Positions 24,601 to 37,500 of a stretch of DNA of 64,000 nucleotides are shown here, piece after piece. Every line of letters starts with the position of its first letter. The stretch's first letter is position 1. Both the position numbers and the translations under genes were made by a program. The stretch comes from Bilabrum cf. latius (lineage: Eukaryota), in NCBI GenBank assembly GCA_965178125.1, contig OZ237751.1, positions 682,001 to 746,000 of the forward strand. The letters are read 5' to 3'. The notes beneath the pieces were generated by a model, which saw only the letters and a list, made by a program, of their open reading frames with translations, searched no databases and was not told the origin of the DNA.

Positions 24601-27600
24601 GGAGGCACCGAGGCAGGAGGCAGTGCTGCAGCAGCTCGTTGCATTTGCTGGGCCTCTGCCAGCGCAGGGGCAGCGGGAACGACTGATCCACGGCGCTGTG
24701 TGCGACTGGGCAGCACTGGTAGGCCGCAGGGCAGGACGTGCCACCCTCGAGGTCTCGTTCGACCTCAGCAGGGCTGGTCGGCCGGGATCGCCTGACGTGC
24801 GCACAGCCGTGCCAGTGCTCGTGTACCCTTCGCTCAAGGTCATGTTTGCCCCGGCGTGGGCACAGCTGGCTAGCTCGGCTTCTGCCGTTGGATTGGCTCT
24901 GCAGGCCTCCCGCGGCGCGTCCGGCGAGAGCATCTCCTTCATTGGCAGCGACCCTGACGCCGATCGGACGCTCGGTTCCGTGGCCGAAGGCATCGAGGGC
25001 TCGCTGGGTATGGAGTACGCGCGCACGTACACCGTTGGTGAGTTTCCCGACGTGCACGGTGTGTCGCATGGAGGCAAGTCCGGCACGCTGCGACTGCTTG
25101 GTTGCACCGTGCACGACCTCGCCCAGTCGTAGGAGGCCCAGGCTCTGGCCTCAACCCCCAGGGCGCTGAATGGGACGGCTCTGTACGCCGATGCAGCTGC
25201 GTGTCACGTTGCCTAGGGTGCCATCGCTCTGCCGCGATCTGGTTTCTCGCCCGGGTCTGGAGGGTCGGCGCTCGCTCCCGGCTCCACGGTGGTTGTGCTG
25301 CGCGACGGGCCTGGTTCCATGCTGGGTGGAGGAGGACGCATGTCTGTGGAAGTTGCCACGTGCGCCCGTGGTGAAGACGGCGAGTGCGACGCTACAGTGC
25401 AAGAAACCGGCGTGAAAGTCGAGGTGCTTGCGACCAGTGAACTGCATGGGATGGAATTAGACTTGGGTGGCGATTCCGGGCATGCCGATGCTTCTGCAAG
25501 CAGGCACAGGGCCGTCCGCGTGTCCTGCGAGGCTCCCACAAGCCCCAAGGAAGCAGCTGCGGATCGTCATGCGATTGTCTCGCTTCGCCTTTTCACCTCC
25601 ATGGAGGCCGCATCAGCCGACGCCGCTGACCCAGAGACGGAGGACCAGCTGATGGACGACGCACTGCGGGATGCCGCGGCTGACGTGGTGTTGCGGGTGC
25701 ACTGCCTTGCGGTACAGCCTCGCGGCGCTGATGCTGGGGAGCAGGTTGTGCCCTCCCTTCACCTTGCCACGCACCACGCAACCGATGCTTCGCTGGAAGC
25801 AATCGCCGCGCCTCGATCCAGAAGTGGCGAAGCGCAGGTAGTGTACGCGGCCCGCGGGCGCAAGCTGTTTGGCGTGCTTGACGGGTGGGTTCACGATCAT
25901 GGCAGCGACTACCGATGGAGCAGGCTGCTGAATACCACCTTTGCAGCTGAAGGCAGGCAAGCACCCGGAGGTGGACAGTCAGGCACCTCTCTTGACCTGG
26001 GCTCTGGGGATGCCACGGCGGTCGTGGCTGCAGCCGTTGCCTCGAGCGAGCGAGCACGAGACAAGCCATGGTTCGCAGTGGACTGCGGCGGCTCACTGCT
26101 GAGCGCTTAGGTGGCAGGAGCGCCCCAGGAGTCGCTGCTGTTCCAGTCATCACAGGGCTGCAACAGCAGCTTGGGCGAACTGTCTTTAACTGGGCGGTCG
26201 CAGTCTGGGCCAGCTCACCTGGCTCTGTCCCACGAAACCCTGACAAGCAGGGCGTATGGCCACGGCTGGGAGTCGAACGCTCTGTCATGGGGACGCGCTG
26301 AGCACCCAGAACACGTGTACGCCGACCACACTGGTGTGCTGCTTCGAGGGCCTCTCGCTCGGCGCGCGGTGGCGGGGTCAAGGCTGGCGTTCATTGCCGC
26401 GGAGAGGCTGGGCGAGGGGCGACTGCACGCTGGGTGGCCCATGGGAAAAGGCCTTGCGGAGCATGCGTCTGATCGCGCTGCCTCTGTGAGGATCAAGGTG
26501 GTAGAAGGTGCGAAGCTCCTGCCTGGGTGGGGCCTCAATGCCGACATGGGCGAGTTCGTGCGCGCAGGCAAACGAGGCGCGGCACTCACACAAGCGATCT
26601 ACAGCCGCGCGAAGAGCCACCGCGCCGAGACTCCCAGGGCCCTCATGTACGCAGGCAGCGACAACGTCATCCAGCTCTCGTGCAATGGCGGTACCTCTGA
26701 CGTTGAATATGATCTCGAGGCGGGGAAAACGCTCTCGAGCGGCGTGCGAGTAGCCAACCAGGGCGGGGCAGGGGGGGCTTCAGACGCGGATCCTGGGTCC
26801 AGTACTGCCGAGTCTCCCGTTGTGCTCTCGGTGGATGCCGGGCAGGACGGGTCAAGGGGTGCCGCCACCGCGTCTCTCATTGCGCTGGCAGAGGGTGACG
26901 TCACCGCGGTGTGTCACGATGCGGGTGAGCTCAGGGACGTGTGGGGGAGGAGGAGGGAGGACCACGAGACGCGCCTGTCAGTTGCCGTGAGAAGACTTGC
27001 AACCGTAAGCATCGCCTCCCGCCCTAGTCTACCGCTCAACGCGACCGCCCCGGTGTTTGTAGAGGCGCTTACAACAGAGGGGCAAAGGTTTGACGCGTCG
27101 CAGCACGCTGCCATGGGACTGACTGTGGAAGTGGTCGAGCACACGGGGCACGGACACGGTCTGGCCGTGCTTGAGGTGTAGAAAGACACCTCGCTCCCCA
27201 GCGGGAGGGGCATTTACTACTCCCTGCGAGCTCTGCGACCCGGCGTGGCCACTTTGCAGGCCACCGCAAGGGCCTGCCGGCCTAGCTCTCAAGCTGGCAG
27301 CGCAGCCCCCCAAGACTGCCCAGAGGTAAGGTCGTCCAGGATTGAGGTCTACGTGCACATGCCTCTCGGGATGGCACCGACTGCTGCCGGCATGGCACCT
27401 GGCTCTGCGTTTGCCCTTAGGGTCTCTGGGGGTCCACCCCAGCTGCGCTCAGCCAGGGCCCAAGTAGCCGGATTCAAGTTCCTCGCATCGTCTTCGGCGG
27501 AGTCCGTAGTGGCGGCGCAGCCATGGATGGGCCGCGCGGGCGGCGCCTCGGGGAGCAGCGGAAATTCTGCCGCCGTGTACGTCGCGGCCAGATCATCCGG

Positions 27601-30600
27601 CACCTCGGTCGTAACAGCAGAGTGCGTGGCCCGGTCGTCCCGCGCCCGTCGCCTCGAGCCGCAGCACGTGGTGGAGGCTGCCCTGGGATCCGGTGCCGTG
27701 TTCCCCAGGGACGCAGTGCTGGATTTCGCCGTGGCAAGCCTCCGCGTGGCTGTGCCTTCTGCCATATCGGTTGAGCTTTCCAGCGAGCGTTCGCCCGAGG
27801 GCACTTCGGTCCGAGCGTATGTCAGAGGGAGTGAGGGCCATTCGCCGCTGTCGCTGACCGGAGCTCCGTTTGCTGTCCGCTGGAAGGTGCACGGCACTGC
27901 GGAGGCGGGGAAGCTGCTACCCGCTGGGGCCGGTGGGGAGTGGGCGCCTTCTGCCCTGCTGGGAGGAGACTGCGCCAGGGCTAGCGAGCTCGGCCTTCGT
28001 TTGCCGGGCAAGTTTGCGGCTGCCGATGGGGGCGAGTCGCCGTGGCACATTCGGGATGCGTCCAGGGTCGTGTACCTGGACGCACCGGGACGTGCAATGG
28101 TGTCTGCGGAGCTCCGCCTCTTCAACTACACGGATGCCTGCGCCAGCATGCTGTATGCTGCCGGTGCGGCCCACAGCGGCTCGGCGTCGGTGAGCATATC
28201 TGCCGATGGCAGCACCCGAGGCACAGCGGGGATATCTGGCCTCGGGATGTCGGACCTGCGCACGTCCTCCACCGGCAGGTGCGGCAGCACGAGCAACGGC
28301 ACATGCGCCGTGTCGGCCCTGACTGCAACCGCTGTCGTGCAGGCAGTCCCGCGACTGTCTCTGCTTTACCCCGCGCTCCCGATTGCTGCCGAGGCCTGCC
28401 TTACGGCCGAGCGAAGCCGCGCAGACATGGGACCGCCCGCCGACAGCCCGGGATACTCGAGATTCGTTGCCGATGCGTTCGACGCCGGCTCTGCCTCGAG
28501 TGCTGCGAACAGGCGGTTCTCGCTTCCGCTTCACGCGAGTTCCTCCAGGCCGCTGGTGGTGCCGCCCACGGCTGGAATCAGGCTGCTGACCACCGTGCCG
28601 AGCGGGAATGAACAGGAACCCGTGTGCCACGTGCTCCCAGGAGACGGTGCCGGCCGACCAGCGCTAGAGCACGCGTCGGAGCCTGACAGGGATCTGTCAA
28701 GGCGCGTGCCCTGCAGCACCCTGGATCTGAAGGCCTCCGAAATGCCGGGCCGCAGCGTGCTCGTGATGGAGGACGAGGGGACGGACTAGCAAGCCACTGC
28801 GGTGTTCGAGGTGGCCCCGGTTGCCTCGATGGCCGTGTGCGGTCCTCCCAGCAGCATCACGTTCAGGGAGACCAACTACAGCCTCGCTCTCGTGGATGCC
28901 TCCGGCCGCGTCTTTTCGTCGGGCAGAGGGATCGATTGCCTCCCGACAGGCGCCAGCACAGCGAACGGGGAGCCAGACGACGAGTTTGTGAAGAACACCA
29001 TCCTGGCTGGGAACGCTGGTGCACAGGGCGCAGCTGACCCCAATCAGTTCCTCACGTGTCACCGGGTGCTTCTGAGCCGCGCCGCGTCGGCCGGGTCTGG
29101 TGCCAGCGCCGCTGCAGGCGCCGTGGATCAGGTACCCGCTTACGCTGACCTGTCAAGGGCGCAGGTGATCACAAGCGACCCTAAGGTTGCGTCCCTGCGG
29201 CAAAACAGAGACATTGTGGCCGTCAAATTCAGCGAGCACAACGCCAGGGTGCAGCTGACTGCTTGGGCGCCGCTGGCTCCCGTCATGCCTCTGCGCGCAA
29301 GCAGCAGCGCCGACGCAGGCGTGCTGGATGGCGCCATCGAACACAGTTGCACCAGCGAAGAGTGCCCAGAGCTGTCTGAGCGCATGGGTGACCCGCCGAG
29401 GCTTGGCTTCCCTCCAAGCATTCAGCTGCCAGAGCGAGAGGATGACCTGGACACCAGGAACATGTTCATTGAGGCCGTCAGGACATCGGACGCGGCAGCA
29501 GGTGAGGTGCGCCGGGCCGCCCTTGCGCTGCCCATGCCCGCTCTGGAGGACTGGACCGAGGTCTCTTCGCGGTCCATTCTCCTGACGCCCGGTGAGATCA
29601 CCATGACAGTGGGGTCCACCGCGCGCATCCGCGTGGACCCGGGCGCGCAGAGCTTCGGCGACCTACCGGCTGCATTCAGGGGCAGGGAACCATGGGCGGC
29701 CGATACGATCAGCGCGCCGCAAGGCGGCAACGTCCTAGCGTTTGAGCTTGCCAACACGACGCACTGCGACCTGCAGGAGGGCCAGGGGCCCGAGGTGCAG
29801 ATCATCGCAGCCAACCCCGGCGTCGCCGTGGTGGATTTCTTCGGGTGCACTGGGAGCGCAGACACTAGCTTAAGCCAGGTGAGGGTGACCGTGGTGGGCG
29901 ACTACAGCGTGCAGCTGTCGCTGCAGGACCAGCTGGCTGGCACTGTGATCACAGACGGCGACTTACCACTCAGTTCGCGTCTCGAAGGCAACGGCGCAGG
30001 GACTGTGGATCTCACTGACCAAGACGACCTGGATGTCATCGTGAATGCCGAGATGTCCGGCCATTCCGAGACGATCGCTGCGGACCGCAGCACTGCATTC
30101 AGCAGCATGTTTCCCTCGAGGGTGTACGTATTCTCAGCCTCCCTCCACGTCGATGGTGTTGAGCTGGAGCCAGTGGACGAGCAAGCGAGCCGTACCGTGG
30201 GTGAGGCAAAGAATGCTCGCAGCGTGGCATGGCACGGTCTCGATGTGCGGTGCACCGCCGATTTCGAGTACGCGCACGCTGTGGGGTCTAGCAAGGGCCA
30301 CCTGTACGACGGCGACATCCTGGCGTTTCCATGGGACGGAGTGGCTGTCTACGAGCCCGTGCGCGGGATGGGCTCTCTGAGGAGCGGCCAGCCAGCGGAT
30401 CCCACCGTCGTGCGATACAACTAGACGGACCTGGATCTCTTGGCGAGCCGGCGACTCGGCACGCATCCCGGGTGCATCGTGCTGGTGCAGCGGCCCGTCA
30501 CTCGCGCAAAGACCGCGGAGAGTGCTTCGCTCTCGCCGCCCCAAGATGTCTGGGGCCTCACCAAGCGGGCCGTGGGAGCTGCGCGCTCTGATGACGCTCT

Positions 30601-31984
30601 GCCTTCCTCGGTCGTGGTGCAAATGGCCGTTACCTTGCGGGATGTAGGGGCGGATTCCAGCCGCAAGGTGGTGGAGAGTCCTCGCAGCAAGGTGCCGTTC
30701 CAACCGGCCATGCGTCTGGTGGGTGCCGACTCCCCTTCGGAGGCTGACGTGGAGGCTGACGTGGTCGCGGAAGAGTTCTACGTAAGCGAGGGGTGGAGGC
30801 AGGACGTGGCACGGGCGCAATAGCCCATGGGCGGTGCCGCTGCTGCTCCCCAAACTTCCTCCCAGGCAGAGGGTGATTTGAACAGCACGAGCGCGGCTGG
30901 CCAGCCCAGCAATGGTGCCGGTGGAAGCATGCACCAGCGGCGCCAGTCCCGGTCACAGTAGCAGCGTGCTGTCGAGCTGCCTGAGACGTGGGCACAGGTT
31001 GGCGTGTTTCTGGCTGGTTCGTAGGGCGAGACCGTGCCGCTGTGCGGCGTGTCTGGCATGCCAGCACAGGGGTAGCCGTCCTGCATAGTGGTCCGTGCCA
31101 GCGGCTACGGCTGGGCTTCTCCTGGGGCTGGCTCGGCAGCCGCTGGCGGTGCACTGCTGCAGGGCGGGGATGCACTCGGGTACTCTCCCATCGCCGCGAA
31201 CTCATCCGCGCTGTCGCTGCAGCTGGGTCAGTCTGGAGGGCAGGGGCCGTGGGACGTGATCGAGATCGTGAGGGAGAGCAGCCTGGGTTCTGTGCGACGC
31301 TTCGTGAAGCAGCTCTCGAAGGTGTCAAGAGCTGCGGGCATGTACCCTGACGATTCCGTGCTGGGTGACAGGCCGGATCACGCGCGCGTGCAGCTCCAGA
31401 GGGCGGCCCAGGGGCAGCCCCTCGCGCGCGTTGTTCCCTCGGTCGTGGTCCAGGCTCGGGTGCGACAATCGCTCGCCACGAGGACGGACGTGGCGGAGGC
31501 GATTTGCGACCAGTTGCTGCGAGCATCTGCTTCCATGTCGGGTGAAACGCTCGGGGCGACCCAGCGCGAGGTCGAGTTCTGCGAGGCGAGGCAGAACGGT
31601 CGCAACGCGGGCGATGACCAGCGGCTACCCGCGCTTCTGCTGGGCATCGAGTCGGTCCGGGTGAGCGAGGGGCCCGGCGGGCGAGCGCTTGAGCAAGTGC
31701 TCGACCGCGGCGTGGTGCGCGTGGCGCTCGACGTGGCAGTTGAGCCGCTGCAGGTGACTAGCTGGGTTAGCGTGTTCGTGTTCACCGTGCTTGGCGTGTC
31801 GGTCGCGATCGCGGTCATTGCGGGGGCTTCAGCGTACATGCAAGGCGATGAGGGCGTGCCTGCCAGGCGTGGACGGCGCGGTTCCCGCGACGGAGCCGGG
31901 ATGCAGCAGCCGGCCAACAGGCAGGGCGGCGCGGCACGCAGAGGCCGGAATCCCGGCAGGCGAGTGCCTGGGAGGCGCAACTGA
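21674..31984 (+). CDS. NUP210: Nuclear pore membrane glycoprotein gp210/Nup210-like protein (about 3400 aa), one intron
   Basis: Signal peptide MWSRCLVLATTFGAILSASA, then ALLLPL, SCYRWE, LRCDVRINRIHSLEI and GKDSRNNTFSTLEGMRFRW, matching the gp210 N-terminal pattern (VLLP, CYRW, LRCD, DxEGNTFSTL.GL.F.W). Single C-terminal TM (WVSVFVFTVLGVSVAIAVIAG) and short basic tail. 13 in-frame TAGs; ends TGA. Confidence 0.85.
22041..22142 (+). other. Spliceosomal intron (102 nt) in the gp210 gene
   Basis: GTGAG...TTTTGCAG; removes the only in-frame TGA (about 22064) and joins PVN-G-RRLRLRCD. Confidence 0.75.
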
Positions 31985-32344
31985 AGTGTTCTTGTGTTGG
32001 AAAAGAAAAGTCTTTGAAGAAATTGCATGTTTATCCCTATGATTTGCGGTTGTACTCGTCGTGTCCTCCCAGGTTCCGCAATGCTTGAGTCAAGGCGCGG
32101 CGACAAGTCCGAACCAAACTCAGTCGAGATTGGTTCACTTCGTGATTACTGGGTCATACAACGCCCCAAGAGACGTGGCTACACCTAGCATTCAAATACA
32201 CATATACCTGTGCGTTTCAACGAAACGCAGGTGATGTTCCGTCATCAAGGTTCCGCAGGCAAGGTTTTCGTGACGGTCCATTGTTGAACTCCAACCAATC
32301 CATTCTTGAACGTGTTTTCGGGAGAGCCTCTATTTTTGGGAACC

Positions 32345-33225
32345 ATGGAGACTATTTCACTCATTTTTCTCATTGCTGCCGGTATTTTGGTCGCCATCCC
32401 GGCGGGATTTGTGTGGTATTTTGGTGGAATCCACGCGTCCATCTTCCGCGTGGTTCTGTTTATGTGCCCTGCAAGGCTTATGGACCAAGGCGCCGAGCCG
32501 AGCGGGATTCTCGGGGCTGTTGTGTTAGCTTTCATGCAGAACATGAACAAAGCTCCTCGCTAGCTGATGCAGGAGGCAGCTTCCCTCAAACAAGGAGAGG
32601 CAGTCCTCGAGCTTGGATGCGCCGACGGGCACGCCCTCGTTGAGATCGCCAAGCGCGTGGCGGTGCACTCAAACAGCTCGAAAACATCTAATGCGCTGCA
32701 GCAAGGCGCTGTCATCGGCGTGGATCCCTCTGCATCCGCCATCGAATCGGCCAAGCGGCTCCTCAGCTCCGCAGGACCCGTGCCAGGCGTGGTGGCCACG
32801 GCCGTGTGCGCATCCGTGGGAGCAGCCGATGGCATGGTCCAGCTTCCCATCCGGGACAACTCGTGCGACGCAGTGCTCCACGCCAATTGCATGTACTTTT
32901 GGGAAGACTTGGAGGCTGGTATGGCGGACGTGTACCGATGCCTCAAGCCGGGTGGGAGGCAGGTCTTTGTGGCTGCGCCGGAAGCTATCCTGCAGCGGAA
33001 CCGCAAGGCGAATCCGGTCTTTCGGAACGTGTCCCATGCCGAGTACGTCGCGGCGCTGAAGGCTGCCGGGTTCGTGAAGGTTCGCTCCGAGACCCACGCG
33101 TCGGACGACAAGTACCATGGGGGCGAGAAGGGCGAGTCTGGCGGTGGTTCTGTCGGCGTATAGGGTGAGCACGTCGGCAGCAGCAAAGAGGGGGACGGGG
33201 CCAGGCGACGGAGGAGTGGACACCA

Positions 33226-33272
<47 letters not shown>

Positions 33273-33355
33273 CTGGAGGGAAGGGGGAGGCTGGGGACAA
33301 GAAGCAGCTCGCCCCGAAGACTCTCACCGTGATTTCCGCCTTCAAGCCTGCTTGA
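32345..33355 (+). CDS. Class I SAM-dependent methyltransferase with N-terminal membrane anchor (336 aa)
   Basis: VLELGCADG (motif I), VIGVDPS, CDAVLHANCMYFW, RCLKPGGR. TAG 32561 joins the TM leader and TAG 33161 joins the terminal strand LTVISAFKPA; ends TGA 33353. Confidence 0.85.
33226..33277 (+). repeat. Coding (GGTGCTGGAGCT)n repeat encoding (GA)n
   Basis: Direct tandem array visible in the sequence. Confidence 0.85.
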
Positions 33356-33485
33356 GCTGGAGCCTACTCGGTTGATGTGCGCGCTGGGATCAGCGTCATG
33401 GCCTACGACTCTTGGGGAGCTGGAGCCTTCTCGGTTGATGTGCGTGTTGGGATCAGCGTCATGGCCTACGACTCTTGGGGAGCTG
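33354..33485 (+). repeat. 63-bp tandem repeat (2 copies plus a stub) directly after the methyltransferase stop
   Basis: gagctggagcct.ctcggttgatgtgcg...tgggatcagcgtcatggcctacgactcttggg begins at 33354 and 33417; stub at 33480. Confidence 0.9.
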
Positions 33486-33586
33486 CTGATTTCGGCTCCG
33501 AGCACAGTGACGTGGGCAGATCACCACCGCGCGTGCTGTATCACGATAGTACTGAAAGGTGTTGTGCAGCGCGCACAAAGCGTATA

Positions 33587-34354
33587 ATGAATCGTGCAAG
33601 GTTGTTTTTGCAAAGATCTTATACGAAATCGCTGGTCCACTCGTTCACACAGCCGCGAAACATCCGATATGTGAACGTGCCTCCGGTGGACATGGTGTAG
33701 AGGAGCATCCCGCAAGTCGTCAATGAGATTGAAGCTTTGGAAAAAGAATCACCAAGGAAAAAGTGGCTGGTCGAGGAGCTCCGTAGCGATCATGCAGGGG
33801 AAACGGGAGCCGTGTACATCTACAAGGGGGCGCTTGCGGCACTAACCATGCGATAGCATGCACCTGCAACAGCTCAGTTTGTTGCATAGCATATGCGTAC
33901 CGAAGAATAGCATTTAAAGTTTATGTGTGAAGTGCTGCCGCCCCAGCAGCGCAGTGTGTTCATTCCGGTGTGGAGAGTGGCTGGGTGGGTCCTCGGATGG
34001 CTCCCCACAGTCATGGGCGGCGAGCGATGGCTCTTCGTCACGGTAGATGCGGTTGAAACTTTCGTTGATGAGCATTATTACGACTAGATTGCCCAGCTGC
34101 AAACCGACGATTGGGCCGAAGGCGGCTAGGACGCAACGACATAGACCGCCTTCGGTGCCAAGTGCGTAGTCCCAAATCTGCTGGCTCTTCTAAAGCATTG
34201 TAGGGAGGATGAAATTCATCATCGAGATGACGCACGAAATCGGCACATCGGCCCGGACGAAGAGGAGGAAGGTAGGAGCTTGGCGAAGAGGAGTTGGGCA
34301 GCTATTATCGATTCGGGCTCGCGAGCAGCCGTTCGCCTGGCTCGCTGGGGGTGA
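33587..34354 (+). CDS. COQ7: COQ7-family demethoxyubiquinone hydroxylase (di-iron carboxylate protein), 255 aa
   Basis: LRSDHAGETGAVYIYKGA, TEE*HL, IPVWRVAGWVLG, TVDAVETFVDEHYYD*I, CREDEIHHRD; Arg/Ser/Leu-rich presequence-like N-terminus. Seven TAGs (33698, 33854, 33887, 33908, 34085, 34127, 34142); ends TGA. The catalytic region is absent from the standard-code ORF track. Confidence 0.9.
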
Positions 34355-34519
34355 ATATACTGTAATATGGACAATATTCGCGATCTGGGGGAATTTCTGC
34401 AGTGTAGATTGATGAGTACACTCGCGATCGAAGCCTGCCCATTTTGAATTCCGGAGCCGATTATTCTGCCTCATGTCCATGCCACATTCGAACGATAATT
34501 ACAATTTCTCTCTAGCCGA

Positions 34520-37500
34520 ATGGAGCTAAATTCATCATTTTTCATCTCGAAGTTGCGGGAGACCGGTCCGGTACGTCAAACTAATTCCCTGGCACAACCG
34601 CGAACTCAAATCAATTCAAAGGCTTGTCGCAAATTTGTTATTCCTTGGTCAATCTAACGCAGTCTATAGATTTGCTTGATCAGCTATCGGCTTACATACA
34701 AGAAATAGAGAGGCTTTCTCCCTCGGATTTGGATAAGACAAAGCGAGGCGAATGCTACGCAGCGCTGAAGCTCAGGGTTGCATGCGCATCGAGCTTGGGC
34801 CACAAGCGAGAGGCTTTGGCCTCTTGCATGAAGGCACTAAATTTGATAAGGTCGTTACCATTTATGCCGATACTGGAGCATGCGATGCTCTTGCGGCGAT
34901 GCGCATCGCTGTCGCTCGAATGCGATCTGGTGCAGCAAGCTCAAGCGATCCTACTGCGGCATGCAACGCTGACCAGGGACTTGCCCTCCAGCGGCGGAGG
35001 TTCCGCAGAACGAGAAGGCGCGCGCTCTCTGTATCGTCTAGTGTCATTGGCACGAGCTAAGACCAGGTTGAGTGAAGAACACCCAGCAGCAGCCAGTGCC
35101 AGTGCCAGTGCCAGTGCCACCTCTATGCTCAAAGCAGCCTTTACGGCCGATTTCAACTGCCACAGGGCAGAAGAGACAAGTAGGGAGCTCACGGTGTCCT
35201 AGACTATCCCTATGGTAGTGATGCACGTGGGTGATTGTCTGGATTAGCGTTCGAACTCCCCGCATACCCAGCCCCACGAGACTGGTTTGGATACCAGTGG
35301 TCGAGGCGCAAGCCATGCCGCCGGCCCTGGTGACTCCCATGTCCCTAGCTCGGCTGCAATGGCCATCGATCTGACGCAAGGATACGGAGATTCCAGCGAA
35401 GAGAGCTCTGCAGTGGACCTGCTGCACGGCGCAGGCAGTGCACGGTGCGATGATCTTGAATAGAGTTCGGGCGGAACCATCGGCTCCGCGTAGACGGGCG
35501 CAGCTCACGCCGCATCGACCCTTAAGAGACCTCGGGTGCAGATTTGGGCCATTTCAGACCCTGCGAGCATTATTGATGGCGTTCTATCCGCCCTGGAAGT
35601 GTGTATTGATCTGCTGTAGAAGCAGTCCGAAAGCAGGCGCTCTCTCGGCGCCCATGGAGGGAGTGTGTCTGAGGACGTCTCGGTCGGAAGCAGCAGACTT
35701 TCGTCACTGCTCTAGCAAGTGTAGATAGAGCTGATAGTTGAAAAGCCATCTAAACCGCTGACTCGTGCCCGTAGTCTCCTGCAAGATGGACACGGGGTCC
35801 GAAAGAAGCCTTCACCCTAGGCCGATTCCGTAGAGAATGCACCGGATGAATCCCGCTTGACGGCCCCAGCAAAGGCTCAGAAAAGCATGAGTGATGATGA
35901 CGATGATGTTGATATTAGCAAACAAGGTAGCGCTTCCCATGAACCTCAAGGTAGTCCAGCACCGGCAGCAGTTGCAACTGCTGCCAGTGGTGTAAGTGGA
36001 CCTGCGGTTGTGAGGCTCCGCCAGTCTCTGCGATACCCCGTGCTTTTGTAGAAGTTCAAGGCGGACAAACTGTACAAGTACCTACAGTGGATCTGTCCGG
36101 ACGGGGCTGTTGGCACGGCAGGGCAAGCCAGTGGTGACGCGCCTCATATATCCTCCCAGGCTGGCGCAGACCATACGGATCCAGCCGACCCTTCACAACC
36201 CAACATGCGTGATGATGGCTCGGGCGATTCCGGGCATGCAGAGGCGCCAGTAGATAAGGATCGCCCTGTGAGGCGGTACGAAGACGAGTACCCGATGGTT
36301 CATTTGCCTCACAGCATCGAGGACGAAGGCAAATCGCTGGAGCACGCCTTGTGGGAGCTATCGTCGTCCAGCAGCACGGGAAAAGGTACCGCTTCGCACG
36401 CTGTCAATCTAATGGATTTACTGCGAGTAGTGTCGTCGGCAAAGTGGTTCATTGCAAGGCAGCAGTCTTCCTACCCAGCGCTGTCGCTCCTGTGCTGGAG
36501 GACCAAGCTGCCTGGTTTCTACGGCTCACCAACACTCACCCCAGCGTGCATTAGTAGCCCCTCAGCGGATGCGATGCTACTCCAGGCCGTGGATATGTTG
36601 CAGTCAGCTGGGCAGGGACTCAGTATGAACGGGCAAGCCCTCACTTCCATTGGCCGGCAGGCCATGCTAGCGTCTTCGCAGGTGGTGCGGTCTGCTTGTG
36701 AGGGTGCTGGATCTGCTCTGCGGGAGGCTTTAGGCAGCAAGTCAATAGCCTCGGTTGCGCGAGACATTCACGTGAAAATGCTCGCACGAATTCGCGAAGA
36801 TGCGACGAAGCTGGCCAGTGCAGGAACGAGCGCTGCAACCACCCTCCTACCTGCATTCTCGCACCCCCAAAGCACTGCGCGTGGTAGCTAGGCATGGCCC
36901 AACGAATCGTTTGCTCCGTTGTCAACAACCACAATCGTTGGGTCGCTGACAAGCGTGTCAGATCTTCTCAACGCCATCGATGAAAGCGCACTGCCGGGCG
37001 TACTCCGAGAGGTGGCACCGACCCGAAGCCTAAGGGAAGCAGCGCGTGGCATCGAACAAGCCGCCTTTGTTTGGATGCTTCGTGCGTCCTCGTGGAGCAT
37101 TGCAACGGGATGCTCTACTGTGAAGCTCGCTGCATCGAGGCAAAGAGCCGGGAACGAGCGGGCCTGTCGTCTTCCAGCCCACGTGGCGTGGTGCGGTCTA
37201 GTTGCTACGGCAAATGTGCTGGTGTTGAGGTGTATGGCTCGTTTGTAGCAGAACAGGGCTGATGGGCAGCCGGATGGGCCGACAGCCTCAGGTCTTGACC
37301 TGGCGGCAGCAGCACAATACCTGCCCTTGCCCACGCAGGTGCGGTCTTGGCTCGTGCGGGCAGGTCTGGTGTACAGGCCAATTCTGCACTCTAGGCTGCA
37401 GATCAAGTCACGGCCAGACGAGGTGCTAGCAGGCGGTTCAAGTTCCAAGAGCGTTCCAATGGCTGTGCTTTCTTCGTTCCATCAAACGGACGCGCATGAT

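Noticed and set aside
32211-32229. Short hairpin TGCGTTTC-AAC-GAAACGCA
   Set aside because: An 8-bp stem without a U-tract is expected by chance; no function can be supported.
33354-33485. CRISPR-like array
   Set aside because: The copies are directly adjacent with no unique spacers and no cas genes; it is a simple minisatellite.
18752-33505. Long antisense and alternative-frame ORFs in the track (e.g. 18752-19681, 22406-23338, 30630-31526, 32669-33505)
   Set aside because: They are shadows of GC-rich coding sequence on the other strand or frame, Pro/Arg-rich and without recognisable motifs.
33587-34354. A-to-I editing of UAG to Trp, pyrrolysine insertion, or programmed readthrough
   Set aside because: TAG aligns with Gln and other polar residues, not Trp. 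There is no shared downstream context, and dozens of TAGs per gene, including tandem ones, are incompatible with leaky readthrough. U-to-C editing cannot be excluded from DNA alone but is far less parsimonious.
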